Shown in pieces: positions 1-8,598 of a stretch of DNA of 54,851 bases (position 1 is the stretch's first letter; every line of letters begins with the position of its first letter). The position numbers were made by a program, and so were the translations under genes. Where the stretch lies: the NCBI GenBank assembly GCA_023250715.1, contig JAHFAF010000008.1, forward strand, positions 1,234 through 56,084. The letters are read 5' to 3'. Source of the DNA: Pseudobdellovibrionaceae bacterium. GTDB lineage: Bacteria > Bdellovibrionota > FAC87 > UBA2466. Under the pieces are notes generated by a model. The model saw nothing but the letters and a program-made list of their open reading frames with translations. It made no database searches and was not told the origin of the DNA.

Positions 1-1131
1 ATTCGCATCGGAGACCCAAAGGCGGGTGCCGGGCGTATTGGAGCAGCCGCCATCGGTGATGAGTTGAAAAAAGAATGGCCGTTTTAGTTCATAGGCCGCC
101 TGTAGGGCGCGGCCGATGTGAATCCCAATCACGCGATCGCGGCTGTCTCCCTTGGTTTGAGTGCCGTCATGATAGTCGCAATCCCCGATTGTGATCACGC
201 CAGGTCCGCTAATGCCTTTCAGCACCGAGCGCACAACGCCCGCCGCGATTACCGACTCAGTGTTACCCTGGGATTCTTGGTTAATTTGGTAGACCGCTTG
301 AAATACAGGATCGAGCCTTGGATCGACGGCAAGCCCGCCCGCCTTCTTACCATTTTCCTCGTAGGAACAGGTGGTGAGCTTCGAAAGAAGGGCACCGGTC
401 GCGGAGTCTCCGCTACTTTCTAATTGTAGAGAGCTTATTTTGCTTCCGGTCGCGAAGAGCTGTTTTAGCTGATTTTTGGATAGTGCGCTTAACGCCGATT
501 GCGAACTTACCCCCACGGCATTTACGAGTGTATCGATGTGAGGTAGGTAGAGCGCCCGAAAAGTTTCCGGGGCCAACCCCATTTGGGAGTTTCCTCCTGA
601 TACGCTATTCATTATTCCGAGCGACTGCGATAAGTGCTCGCCACGGTAGCCCAACTTCGCGACGAGGCCCGCGGCGCTCAAGAGATTCTCGGACGAATCG
701 GATTGAGCGCGATGGCAGAAACTTCCCATGCGCAGATTATCTCTTGCGTTCTGGCTTGAAGACTCGACAAGCCCCGCGAGAATCTTGCTAACTCCTTTTG
801 CCATGGGCAGCCCGAACGATTCGTCGATTCCGGTCACGACCGGATTCCAACCAAGCTGGTCGTACGTTTTTAGGAGATCTTTCGGACCGCCCATTCCACC
901 CACAAGAAAATTTGCGGGTAGTGCTGCGCCGCCCGCGCAATCGAAAACCAAGAAAGGAATGAATTTCTTCGTAGAGCCGCCGCACTCCGATTCTTGCACG
1001 AGACTTCTCACGAAGGTCCACGGACTCGGTACCGCCGCTATCGCTGCGAAGGAAGTCAGGCCCATCGAAAGAAATTCTCGACGTGTGGCGGGTCGGGAGT
1101 GATTGGCATAGTAGTCCATTTTCTTTTTCAT
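1..1131 (-). CDS. Tat-signal exported protein of unknown function; C-terminus runs off the window start
   Basis: Absent from the ORF track because no stop lies inside the window. My own minus-strand translation from ATG 1131..1129 is open to nt 1: MKKKMDYYANHSRPATRREFLSMGLTSFAAIAAVP...ITIGDCDYHDGTQTKGDSRDRVIGIH...TRLWVSDAN. A GAGGGAGA SD lies just upstream. Twin-arginine motif TRREFL plus a hydrophobic stretch. Confidence 0.8.
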   Translation of the reverse strand, partial: MKKKMDYYANHSRPATRREFLSMGLTSFAAIAAVPSPWTFVRSLVQESECGGSTKKFIPFLVFDCAGGAALPANFLVGGMGGPKDLLKTYDQLGWNPVVTGIDESFGLPMAKGVSKILAGLVESSSQNARDNLRMGSFCHRAQSDSSENLLSAAGLVAKLGYRGEHLSQSLGIMNSVSGGNSQMGLAPETFRALYLPHIDTLVNAVGVSSQSALSALSKNQLKQLFATGSKISSLQLESSGDSATGALLSKLTTCSYEENGKKAGGLAVDPRLDPVFQAVYQINQESQGNTESVIAAGVVRSVLKGISGPGVITIGDCDYHDGTQTKGDSRDRVIGIHIGRALQAAYELKRPFFFQLITDGGCSNTPGTRLWVSDAN

Positions 1132-1144
1132 CGCTCGTTCTCCC

Positions 1145-1678
1145 TCAATTTATTATTACACTCGCCGTGGAAGTACCCATTACCGTGCAAAGGGCGTTCA
1201 AAAGCGAGAGTGTACCGGCCGCGGTCTGAGGAAGCTCCATGACTAGCCCTTCCGAAAAGGCCTCAATTTCTTTTGCCTCTTTTTCTGTTCCGGTTCGCTG
1301 CCAGAAAACTTGCGCATAGTCTTGGATGACGTCCTTCGCCGGTACGAAGGATGGGGCCTTGCTGAAACTGACCATCTTGTGGAGCCAGCGTTGCGCGGGT
1401 TCGGCCTTGGCGTCGAGAGTGATCCGCGCACGGCAAAAATCGGAGGCAAGCCGAACTAGCGACCACAGCATGGATGCATTGTACTCATCCACCGTTCCGA
1501 GCGTGGGTAGTGTCTCCTGGACACTTTCGTATGCGGTCGCTAACTCATCACCTGGCTTGGGGGTGACGGACATTTGTGCCTTCATGGACTCATAAATCTC
1601 TCGGTGGTTTTTTATGGAAACCTCCCGCGCTTGGGATATTTCACATACACAAAGCAAAAGAAAGAGAGGCGTCTTCAT
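1145..1678 (-). CDS. secreted hypothetical protein (177 aa)
   Basis: Track ORF with N-terminal signal peptide MKTPLFLLLCVCEISQA. Its start overlaps the stop of the upstream gene (ATGA at 1675-1678), and it ends 13 nt before the next start. Confidence 0.7.
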   Translation of the reverse strand: MKTPLFLLLCVCEISQAREVSIKNHREIYESMKAQMSVTPKPGDELATAYESVQETLPTLGTVDEYNASMLWSLVRLASDFCRARITLDAKAEPAQRWLHKMVSFSKAPSFVPAKDVIQDYAQVFWQRTGTEKEAKEIEAFSEGLVMELPQTAAGTLSLLNALCTVMGTSTASVIIN

Positions 1679-2889
1679 TTAAGCTCCAGAGTGCAGTGAA
1701 TCGCCACGCGTTCGAAGAGTGAGCGAAGGAGGTATCCCTTCGTTTCAAAATCCTCGGCGAGTGTTTCGATAAATTTTGAGTCCGGCGTTTCGCCACGACA
1801 GACTGTGAAAAAAACGCGGGAAGTCATGCACCGCGAAAATCCTTTCGACTCCGCGAGCATGCGGCCAAAGGTGTTTACCCCGTAGCCCTCTACGGAAGTT
1901 CGCCATCCGAAGTCTTGGTTGTGGTGCTCTGTCGCCAGATTTATCCAGGAAGAATCAGTGACCGGATAACCCTTCGGGTAGACCGTGCGGTTTTGGTTCA
2001 TCTTGGGTGCGATCCAGCTACGTCCCCAACGTAAGGAACCATCTTGAAAGTCAAAGTTGGCAAAGGCTCCGGACATTCCGTCCAGTAATGCATGACAGCT
2101 ACGACACTCGGTTTGAAAAGTTTCGGCACTTCCCGATGGAGTACGTGGTACATCCCGTCGGATTCTAAAGTCTGGCTGACCGAAGTCGCGCCATTTTTTT
2201 ATAGGCGCGCATAGGAACTCGCGAAATGCGAACTCCGTCGATCTTCGGTTGGTCCCGGCTAAAAAATGCTCCGAGGCCCATTGGTACGTCGTGAGAAGGC
2301 CGGCCGCGTCCCCCACTTCGTCCCATTGCGGAGTCCGCTTCACCAGACTCTCACGAAGGTTAATTCCCTGGGCTTCCAGGTTCCGGTAGTGTTTGGGACT
2401 CGACAAAGTGGGAGTGGGTAGGCCCAGGGTGGCGTCTGCTTGATAACGATAATTCCCGGTAAGTAATTCTCTCGCGTCGGTATCATCGCGAACTACGCCA
2501 AGAATCAGGGCATCGAAATCACTAAAGGGAACAAACGGAGACTCTTTGCGATTGGATAAAGCAGAAGAAAAGTTTCTCAGAGTCGTGTGAAAAAAACGAT
2601 CGTCTTCACTGGCGGTGCGGGCGGCGTCGCCCCATTGGCCGGCTGCGATATGGGCGCGCATCGAGCTGAGGCGAGGATCGTTGTTCAGAAGCGGCGCCCC
2701 AGTCAATCGTTGAAAAAGCTCGGCCGCAGGTTCCACGCCTGAGCAAGAAAGAGAAGTGAACAGAAAAAAAAATAGGAACCAGCGAAGTCTACCGTCAGGG
2801 GACACGTCTCGAATCTCCGTAGTTTTATCGATGGTGGCACCAGCTTGGAGCTCGGTCGGGAAAGGCATGAGAAGGAATTGAATGGACAA
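1675..2889 (-). CDS. exported CxxCH-motif protein, DUF1588/DUF1585-like (planctomycete-type) motif
   Basis: Track ORF of 404 aa with hydrophobic/lipobox-like LFFFLFTSLSCSG. The motif CRSCHALLDGMSGAFANFDF resembles, from memory, the C-x2-CH-x3-D-x-G...F-D signature of DUF1588/DUF1585 proteins. The true start is uncertain because no alternative start lies near the signal peptide. Confidence 0.7.
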   Translation of the reverse strand: MSIQFLLMPFPTELQAGATIDKTTEIRDVSPDGRLRWFLFFFLFTSLSCSGVEPAAELFQRLTGAPLLNNDPRLSSMRAHIAAGQWGDAARTASEDDRFFHTTLRNFSSALSNRKESPFVPFSDFDALILGVVRDDTDARELLTGNYRYQADATLGLPTPTLSSPKHYRNLEAQGINLRESLVKRTPQWDEVGDAAGLLTTYQWASEHFLAGTNRRSTEFAFREFLCAPIKKWRDFGQPDFRIRRDVPRTPSGSAETFQTECRSCHALLDGMSGAFANFDFQDGSLRWGRSWIAPKMNQNRTVYPKGYPVTDSSWINLATEHHNQDFGWRTSVEGYGVNTFGRMLAESKGFSRCMTSRVFFTVCRGETPDSKFIETLAEDFETKGYLLRSLFERVAIHCTLELK

Positions 2890-3099
2890 GGGCAGCTCCC
2901 GGGAAAGACCTAATACGGAATTTTGAAAACGATTCTCTTCATTGTAAATGCCTATGCTCTGACTCCCAGTAGCATATTTCTAGAATCTGTTGGCTGGTTT
3001 CGCCCACGATTATGAGGACCTTGCCTCGACTCCCATTTCTTGAGAGAGATTGCCTCCGGCAGAATGGACTATTCTTCTGTGTCCGGGGGAGCCCAAACC

Positions 3100-4881
3100 T
3101 CACCGCAATCGCCGCTTGGATCCTCGCCGGCGCGCTTTGACTTGCGATGAGTCTCCATGCGCATATCCCGATAGCTTCAAGATTTTGTAGCTCTGAGATC
3201 CGAAGGCCCTCCATATGGAATAGACTTCATTCCCGACTGGAGTTAGAGCCTCCACCCGATAATAGTCGACTGGCCATCCCGGGATCTCGGGGGTCATGCT
3301 CCAGTTCGCACGTGCTTTGTCGAAGATTAAGGATCTGCTGTGGATGGGGTAAAACGCTAAGTTCCCGCCGGTGGCAAATAGGTAATCTGCGGATTCTGTC
3401 ATCTTAGCGTTAATGAGGGGCAGCCCGAGCCCAGGCTTTTGGGTCCAAGTATCAAAAACAGAATCATAAAGACTTAAGGCGACGGAGTACCCATCATTCT
3501 GGTTCCAGCCTCCGAGTATGGCCGCCAAGGTACCGACGCTAAATAAGTACTCGGAATGGAATAAACTCGGGGCTGGGCCCAGAAATTGAGTGGGCTTCGG
3601 AGCGCCCATGGCACTGACTGGTCGCCACTCATTTTTCTTAGGATCAAAAACCGCTCCGGTGTTCGATATTTGAGTGCTTTGTTCTTCCGTTTTTGTGCCG
3701 CCCCAAACCCAAAAAGAATCGGAGTCAACGGCGCGTACCGCCGGCAAGCGGCGTGCGGATAATTGATCTGTGACCGGGGTTTCTTGAACGCCACCTTGGG
3801 CGAGCTCGATCAAAAAACCGCGGGGAGAGGGAGCGCCAACGAGATTCAAGCCGCCATACACGAAAGCGTATCGATCGGAAAAACCAACGCCGGCTCCCCG
3901 GGCACGATCCGGATGAATGAAAATATTCTCCCAGCGATAAGGGTCGGTTTTCATTCGGTAGAGACAATTATCACCGGTAATCGCATAGAGTTCATTTTTC
4001 GTAGGGTGTAGGTGTAGGTTGTGTTGATTGGGGCACTCCGAGGCGAGGCTAGGAGGAAGTGGCAAATTCAGGTCAGTCCATCGAGACTCTGACACGTGGT
4101 AAATATAAAAGTGCCACTCCATTTTTCCGGAAACGGAATAGTAAACGCCCAGAACCGGTTGCCCATTGAAAGTGGTCATTACGGTCGCGTTATTTGAAAA
4201 GCTGATCCCGGAAGGGAGTCCCACTTTCGGCACATCACTCCAGGACCCAACTTCAGGCAGCTGGTTGTACAAGTCCGGAACAGGAAATTCTCCGGCCTTC
4301 GCGCAGTCAATCTTCACCGGGCGTGCAAGTCCAAAATGCAGATCGAGAGAAAAGTGCGAGGAGGCGTGTCCTACACTTGGATAAGCGAGGTATTCACTAG
4401 GTTGGCCCAAAGAGCAAGCGACCCCATAAGCATTGTAGGAGCAAGTAAGCGTCTGATCATTTAGCGGCACCGAATGGGGGGGGCCGATGGGCTCAAGGGA
4501 AAAGTGCTTGTCCTCGACTCCCTCGATGTGAATTTCGCAGGCGTAGCGAAAAACACGAATGGGCGGGGGGGCAATTCGGTTACAAAAAACCGTCCGTGAA
4601 ATGGCACTATCCTGGAAACTTCCGAAAACCGCGCGGGTGTCCACGGAAGCTCGAACCACGTCCGAATAAACCTTCGTGCCATCCTCGTTTCTTAGGTAAC
4701 CGCCGCAGTTGATTTCCCTCTCATCGATGGAACACGCCAGAAAACGATTCTCATCGAGGTCTTTAATGTACTCGGACGGGTGCTCACTATCGAGAATAGT
4801 TTGATCGCACTTGAATTGGGCAGCGCCGACGACGGAGTTCCACATCGATAAAAACACGGTAATGAAAAAGAAAAGTGACAT
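3100..4881 (-). CDS. secreted Kelch-like beta-propeller protein (593 aa)
   Basis: Signal peptide MSLFFFITVFLSMWNSVVGA. The C-terminal half has recurring Kelch-like blades (YAFVYGG..., FWVWGG...NEWRPV, ILGGWN..., LFATGG...). The Cys-rich N-terminal half is of unknown fold. Confidence 0.8.
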   Translation of the reverse strand: MSLFFFITVFLSMWNSVVGAAQFKCDQTILDSEHPSEYIKDLDENRFLACSIDEREINCGGYLRNEDGTKVYSDVVRASVDTRAVFGSFQDSAISRTVFCNRIAPPPIRVFRYACEIHIEGVEDKHFSLEPIGPPHSVPLNDQTLTCSYNAYGVACSLGQPSEYLAYPSVGHASSHFSLDLHFGLARPVKIDCAKAGEFPVPDLYNQLPEVGSWSDVPKVGLPSGISFSNNATVMTTFNGQPVLGVYYSVSGKMEWHFYIYHVSESRWTDLNLPLPPSLASECPNQHNLHLHPTKNELYAITGDNCLYRMKTDPYRWENIFIHPDRARGAGVGFSDRYAFVYGGLNLVGAPSPRGFLIELAQGGVQETPVTDQLSARRLPAVRAVDSDSFWVWGGTKTEEQSTQISNTGAVFDPKKNEWRPVSAMGAPKPTQFLGPAPSLFHSEYLFSVGTLAAILGGWNQNDGYSVALSLYDSVFDTWTQKPGLGLPLINAKMTESADYLFATGGNLAFYPIHSRSLIFDKARANWSMTPEIPGWPVDYYRVEALTPVGNEVYSIWRAFGSQSYKILKLSGYAHGDSSQVKARRRGSKRRLR

Positions 4882-5068
4882 AACTAGTTCTCCGAAAATG
4901 GTTTACGAATATTTGTCCATGTCGCCAAATTGCGGTCAACTCACGCGGCTTCATGTGACAGGGGGCCGTGCAAAAGATAAACAGAACGTTACTGTTAATC
5001 GTATGAAACGAGATTCACGCTTTCTATCGAGGAGGTTTTCGATGCTTGGACTTTCAAGGGAGGAGAAA

Positions 5069-5959
5069 ATGGCGGCGAGCATTTCCCTTTTCCTATGCTT
5101 TATTTTTTCCTTGGCAAATTCTGCCCACGCTTCGGCTCGTCCATCGCGAGTTTTATGCTGGGGAATGAATCGAGAGGGGCAGTCGAGTGTTCCGCAAGAC
5201 TTAGTCGACGTGACTCAAATCTCGCTCGGAGTCTCGCATAGCTGTGCCCTTGCTCAGGGGAAGGCCCGTTGTTGGGGTCGAAACAGTGAGGGGCAGGCCT
5301 CGGTTCCCGAAGATCTCGGAGAGGTAGTTCAAGTTTCCGTCGGGGGCTATCACAGCTGTGCGCTAACGAAAACGGGGGTTCGTTGTTGGGGCGCCAATCA
5401 GTACGGGCAATTAGAACCACCGAAAGATTTGGGAGAGGTGCTTCAGTTATCGGCCGGCGGGGGGCACACTCTCGCCCTGACGAAGAGTGGTATCCGGTGT
5501 TGGGGACTTGGGGGATACGGCCAGTGTCGCGCGCCTTTGTTTTCTACGGGCGCGATCGAATCCATTTCGGCGGGCTTTTATCACTCCTGTGCAGTAGTGG
5601 AAGGGAAGGGCTATTGTTGGGGGAACGACCAGCATGGGCAGTCGAAAGTTCCAGAAAACCTAGGTTTCGTACGTGAAATTTCCAGTGGTTTTGGTCACTC
5701 TTGCGCGCGCACTTCACTCGGCTTGCGCTGCTGGAGCCTGTACCCTGCGTACACCCAGGTGCCAGAAGCAGAGAATCTTTTCTTGCCTCGAAGCGGCGGC
5801 TCCCACAGCTGTGCGATGAGCGACATCGGAGTTCGTTGTTGGGGGACGAATGCGTATCATCAGACCGACGTCCCCGTGGAGGCGATCGATGTCGCGAGCA
5901 TTGCGGTGGGTGGATATCACACGTGTGCGATTATTTCGGCGCGGGGAGGGTGGCGATGA
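5069..5959 (+). CDS. secreted RCC1-like 7-blade repeat protein, paralog 1 (296 aa)
   Basis: I prefer the ATG at 5069, preceded by AGGGAGGAG, over the track start 4811. Signal peptide MAASISLFLCFIFSLANSAHA. Seven ~39-aa units of the form CWG-x-N-x2-GQ...HSCA. Confidence 0.85.
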   Translation: MAASISLFLCFIFSLANSAHASARPSRVLCWGMNREGQSSVPQDLVDVTQISLGVSHSCALAQGKARCWGRNSEGQASVPEDLGEVVQVSVGGYHSCALTKTGVRCWGANQYGQLEPPKDLGEVLQLSAGGGHTLALTKSGIRCWGLGGYGQCRAPLFSTGAIESISAGFYHSCAVVEGKGYCWGNDQHGQSKVPENLGFVREISSGFGHSCARTSLGLRCWSLYPAYTQVPEAENLFLPRSGGSHSCAMSDIGVRCWGTNAYHQTDVPVEAIDVASIAVGGYHTCAIISARGGWR

Positions 5960-6867
5960 CTTGGTGTCTCTTTCGACAAAATTTGACGGCGACTTTTCTC
6001 TTGGTGTTCTTTGTCATTTTAGGCGACTTTGCTTGGGCATCCGCGATCGAAGAACGGTCATCGCTTGATTCAAATGTGGTGTGTTGGGGCAGTAACGAAT
6101 ATCAACAAACCAGTGTTCCTCAAGATTTAGTCGGGGTGACCCAAGTATCGTCGAAAGGTAGTTTCTCCTGTGCACTGGCTCAAGGTAGGGTCCGATGCTG
6201 GGGTCTAGGTATTGAAGACATATTTCCGGTTCCCAAAGATCTTGGCGAGGTCCTTCAGATTACCTCAGGCTTTGCTCATAACTGTGCGCTAACAAAAAAG
6301 GGAGTTCGCTGTTGGGGTCATGAGCAAGACGGGAAACTAAAAGTCCCAAATAATCTTGGTGAGGTATTCCAAATCGCGGCGGGAGGAGAATATACTCTCG
6401 CTCTCACGAACAAAGGCATTCGATGTTGGGGCAAATGCTTCCGGGCTCCGGTTTTTTCCGGTTCGATCGAATTTATCTCGGCCGGTGGTTGTTTTGCTTG
6501 CGCGGTTGTTTCGGGGCAGGCCCATTGTTGGGGATGCAATGGAAAGGGGCAAGTGGAAGTGCCGTCGGATTTAGGCCTCGTTCGGGAGATTTCCGCCGGT
6601 GTTTATCACGTCTGCGCTAATACGATCAACGGAATCCGATGTTGGGGGGATAAGGCGTACACTCAGGTTCCGGGCGGAGATAATCTCTCCATGCCTCGCG
6701 TGGGCGTTTATCACAGCTGCGCTCTGAGCGATACGGGAGTTCTTTGCTGGGGGGATAATGATTCCAACCAACTGGAAGTTCCGCCGGCGGCGGTAGATGC
6801 CGCGAGTATAGCAGTAGGTGATTCCCATACTTGCGCGATTGTTTCGGCGCGGGGAAGGTTGCCGTGA
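5956..6867 (+). CDS. secreted RCC1-like 7-blade repeat protein, paralog 2 (303 aa)
   Basis: The ATG at 5956 overlaps the stop of paralog 1 (ATGA 5956-5959). Signal peptide MTWCLFRQNLTATFLLVFFVILGDFAWASA. Seven CWG blades. Confidence 0.85.
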   Translation: MTWCLFRQNLTATFLLVFFVILGDFAWASAIEERSSLDSNVVCWGSNEYQQTSVPQDLVGVTQVSSKGSFSCALAQGRVRCWGLGIEDIFPVPKDLGEVLQITSGFAHNCALTKKGVRCWGHEQDGKLKVPNNLGEVFQIAAGGEYTLALTNKGIRCWGKCFRAPVFSGSIEFISAGGCFACAVVSGQAHCWGCNGKGQVEVPSDLGLVREISAGVYHVCANTINGIRCWGDKAYTQVPGGDNLSMPRVGVYHSCALSDTGVLCWGDNDSNQLEVPPAAVDAASIAVGDSHTCAIVSARGRLP

Positions 6868-7787
6868 CATCACTTCGTTTTCCACGGAACTTGCCTGCGG
6901 TTTTAGTTTTGGTGGTCAGCATTTTCCCAGTCGATTTTGCTGTTGCTTCCGTTATCAAAGACGGACTTCTTCGTGAATCAAAAATAATATGTTGGGGAGC
7001 TAACGGTGAGGGGCAGGCTAGCGTACCGCAGGACCTAAAAGGGGCCACCCAGATCTCCTTGGGTAGCGAACACAGCTGTGCGCTTGCTCGAGGCCAAGTC
7101 CGTTGTTGGGGAAGGAACGTAGAGGGCCAGACTAACGTTCCGCGGGATCTCGACGAGGCGGTTCAGATTTCCGTCGGCGCCTGGCACAGCTGTGCGCTTA
7201 CGAAAAGTGGCATTCGGTGCTGGGGGCAAATGGACATCGTGACGGAACCTCCGACGGACTTAGGCGAAGTCTTGCAGATCTCCGCGGGAGGACTTCACAA
7301 CCTCGCACTTACCAAGAAAGGGATTCGATGTTGGGGGCTTTGGGGCTATGACCAGTGCCGTGTGCCTTCGTTTCCCCCTGACTCGGTCACTTCCCTCGCG
7401 GCGGGCTTCTATCATTCGTGCGCCGTAGTCGCTGGAAGAGCCTACTGTTGGGGAAGAAATGGACAAGGTCAGTCGGATGTACCGAACGGGCTGGGCCCAG
7501 TAACGGAGATTTCGTGTGGCACCAGTCACAGCTGCGCCCGTACGTCTCGGGGAGTGCAGTGTTGGAGTAATGAAGAAAAGTTTGCCCAAGTGCCGGACGG
7601 CGAAACTTTGATTAAGCATGCCAGCGGCGGGTCTCATAGTTGCGCGATGAGTGACACCGGAGTTCGCTGTTGGGGGGAGAATGAGTATCACCAACTGGAA
7701 GTCCCGACGGAGGCCTTAGGTGCCGAGAGCCTTGAGGTGGGCGGAGCCCATACATGTGCGATCGTTTCGGTGCGGGGACGCTTGTAG
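6864..7787 (+). CDS. secreted RCC1-like 7-blade repeat protein, paralog 3 (307 aa)
   Basis: The GTG at 6864 overlaps the stop of paralog 2 (GTGA 6864-6867). The N-terminus VTSLRFPRNLPAVLVLVVSIFPVDFAVASV parallels the paralog 2 signal peptide. Seven CWG/CWS blades. Confidence 0.8.
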   Translation: MTSLRFPRNLPAVLVLVVSIFPVDFAVASVIKDGLLRESKIICWGANGEGQASVPQDLKGATQISLGSEHSCALARGQVRCWGRNVEGQTNVPRDLDEAVQISVGAWHSCALTKSGIRCWGQMDIVTEPPTDLGEVLQISAGGLHNLALTKKGIRCWGLWGYDQCRVPSFPPDSVTSLAAGFYHSCAVVAGRAYCWGRNGQGQSDVPNGLGPVTEISCGTSHSCARTSRGVQCWSNEEKFAQVPDGETLIKHASGGSHSCAMSDTGVRCWGENEYHQLEVPTEALGAESLEVGGAHTCAIVSVRGRL

Positions 7788-7821
7788 TTGGCGTGCCGTG
7801 TTGGTTCGCGAATTTCTGCCT

Positions 7822-8598
7822 CTACTCGCACGACATCAGATACTCTACAACCTGATCCTTTATGCAGAGGGAAGGCTTGCCATATTTTCTCATTTCGATC
7901 TCTTCAGGTGATAGCCGCAGGTTGGTAGAGCGTGGATAAAGAGTGTTAGTCTTGGTGTCTCTCTTCAAAACTTGATAACTTGCTGAGACTTCGACCAAGA
8001 GTTCCCCACCCATTCGCCTTAAACAAAAGTGGCTCGCTCGAACATAGGAAACCGCAACCGTATCGTACTCGGTAACATTCTCAAAAAATGCATCGTAGCC
8101 TGAGCTTCCGTACAAGGCGTCTGCATCACGACGACTTAAATGCGGCTTAAGTTTTCGTACGGAGTATTTCTCTTCCTTGAAGCCATCGCTAACGTTTTCC
8201 CGTGCCGCCATCCCATATACGTATGGATTCTTTGTAACCGCATCTCCATAAGTCAGTCCTAAACTTCCGTCTAAGTCTTTGCGTTCTACTCCCTCTACTC
8301 GAAGCCTAAGCTGCCGTCCGCCAAATTTGACGTCGGTCAACAAGTTTGCGGTAAACGTAATCGGTAGGTCGCCAGGAGCCGCCGATGTGATATCACATAC
8401 CCACCCTTCCGGGTTTTTCGGGCGAAATTCTCGAAAGTCCACCACAGAGTCTTTCGCTTTTTTAAAATCATTGTATAGCCTTAAAATACCTGGATCAAAA
8501 TCGGAGTCCGCTCTTTCATCCGCAAATATTGAAGCGCACATATGTCCGAGCAGTATCGATAAAATAATAATGCGTTTAACGTTGCTGGGAAAATTCAT
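7822..8598 (-). CDS. secreted hypothetical protein (258 aa)
   Basis: Track ORF with signal peptide MNFPSNVKRIIILSILLGHMCASIFA. Its start overlaps the upstream stop (ATGA at 8595-8598). Confidence 0.7.
   Translation of the reverse strand: MNFPSNVKRIIILSILLGHMCASIFADERADSDFDPGILRLYNDFKKAKDSVVDFREFRPKNPEGWVCDITSAAPGDLPITFTANLLTDVKFGGRQLRLRVEGVERKDLDGSLGLTYGDAVTKNPYVYGMAARENVSDGFKEEKYSVRKLKPHLSRRDADALYGSSGYDAFFENVTEYDTVAVSYVRASHFCLRRMGGELLVEVSASYQVLKRDTKTNTLYPRSTNLRLSPEEIEMRKYGKPSLCIKDQVVEYLMSCE

Larger units (their letters stand above)
5069..7787 (+). repeat. tandem array of three paralogous genes (about 0.9 kb unit)
   Basis: All three have the same architecture and similar C-termini (HTCAIISARGGWR / HTCAIVSARGRLP / HTCAIVSVRGRL). 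The stretches I aligned by eye look roughly 70 percent identical at nucleotide level (not computed). Confidence 0.85.

Noticed and set aside
4811-5068. 86-codon N-terminal extension of the first RCC1-like gene in the track
   Set aside because: It overlaps the start of the divergent Kelch-like gene. The internal ATG at 5069 has a strong SD and yields a proper signal peptide.
5701-5955. 85-codon extension of RCC1 paralog 2, and likewise 6831-6863 for paralog 3
   Set aside because: These lie inside the preceding paralog in another frame. The ATGA and GTGA coupled starts give signal peptides homologous to each other.
5069-7787. Possibility that the repeated RCC1 C-termini are DGR template/variable repeats
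   Set aside because: No reverse transcriptase is present in the window. Differences are spread over whole genes and are not adenine-specific, so ordinary paralogy explains them.
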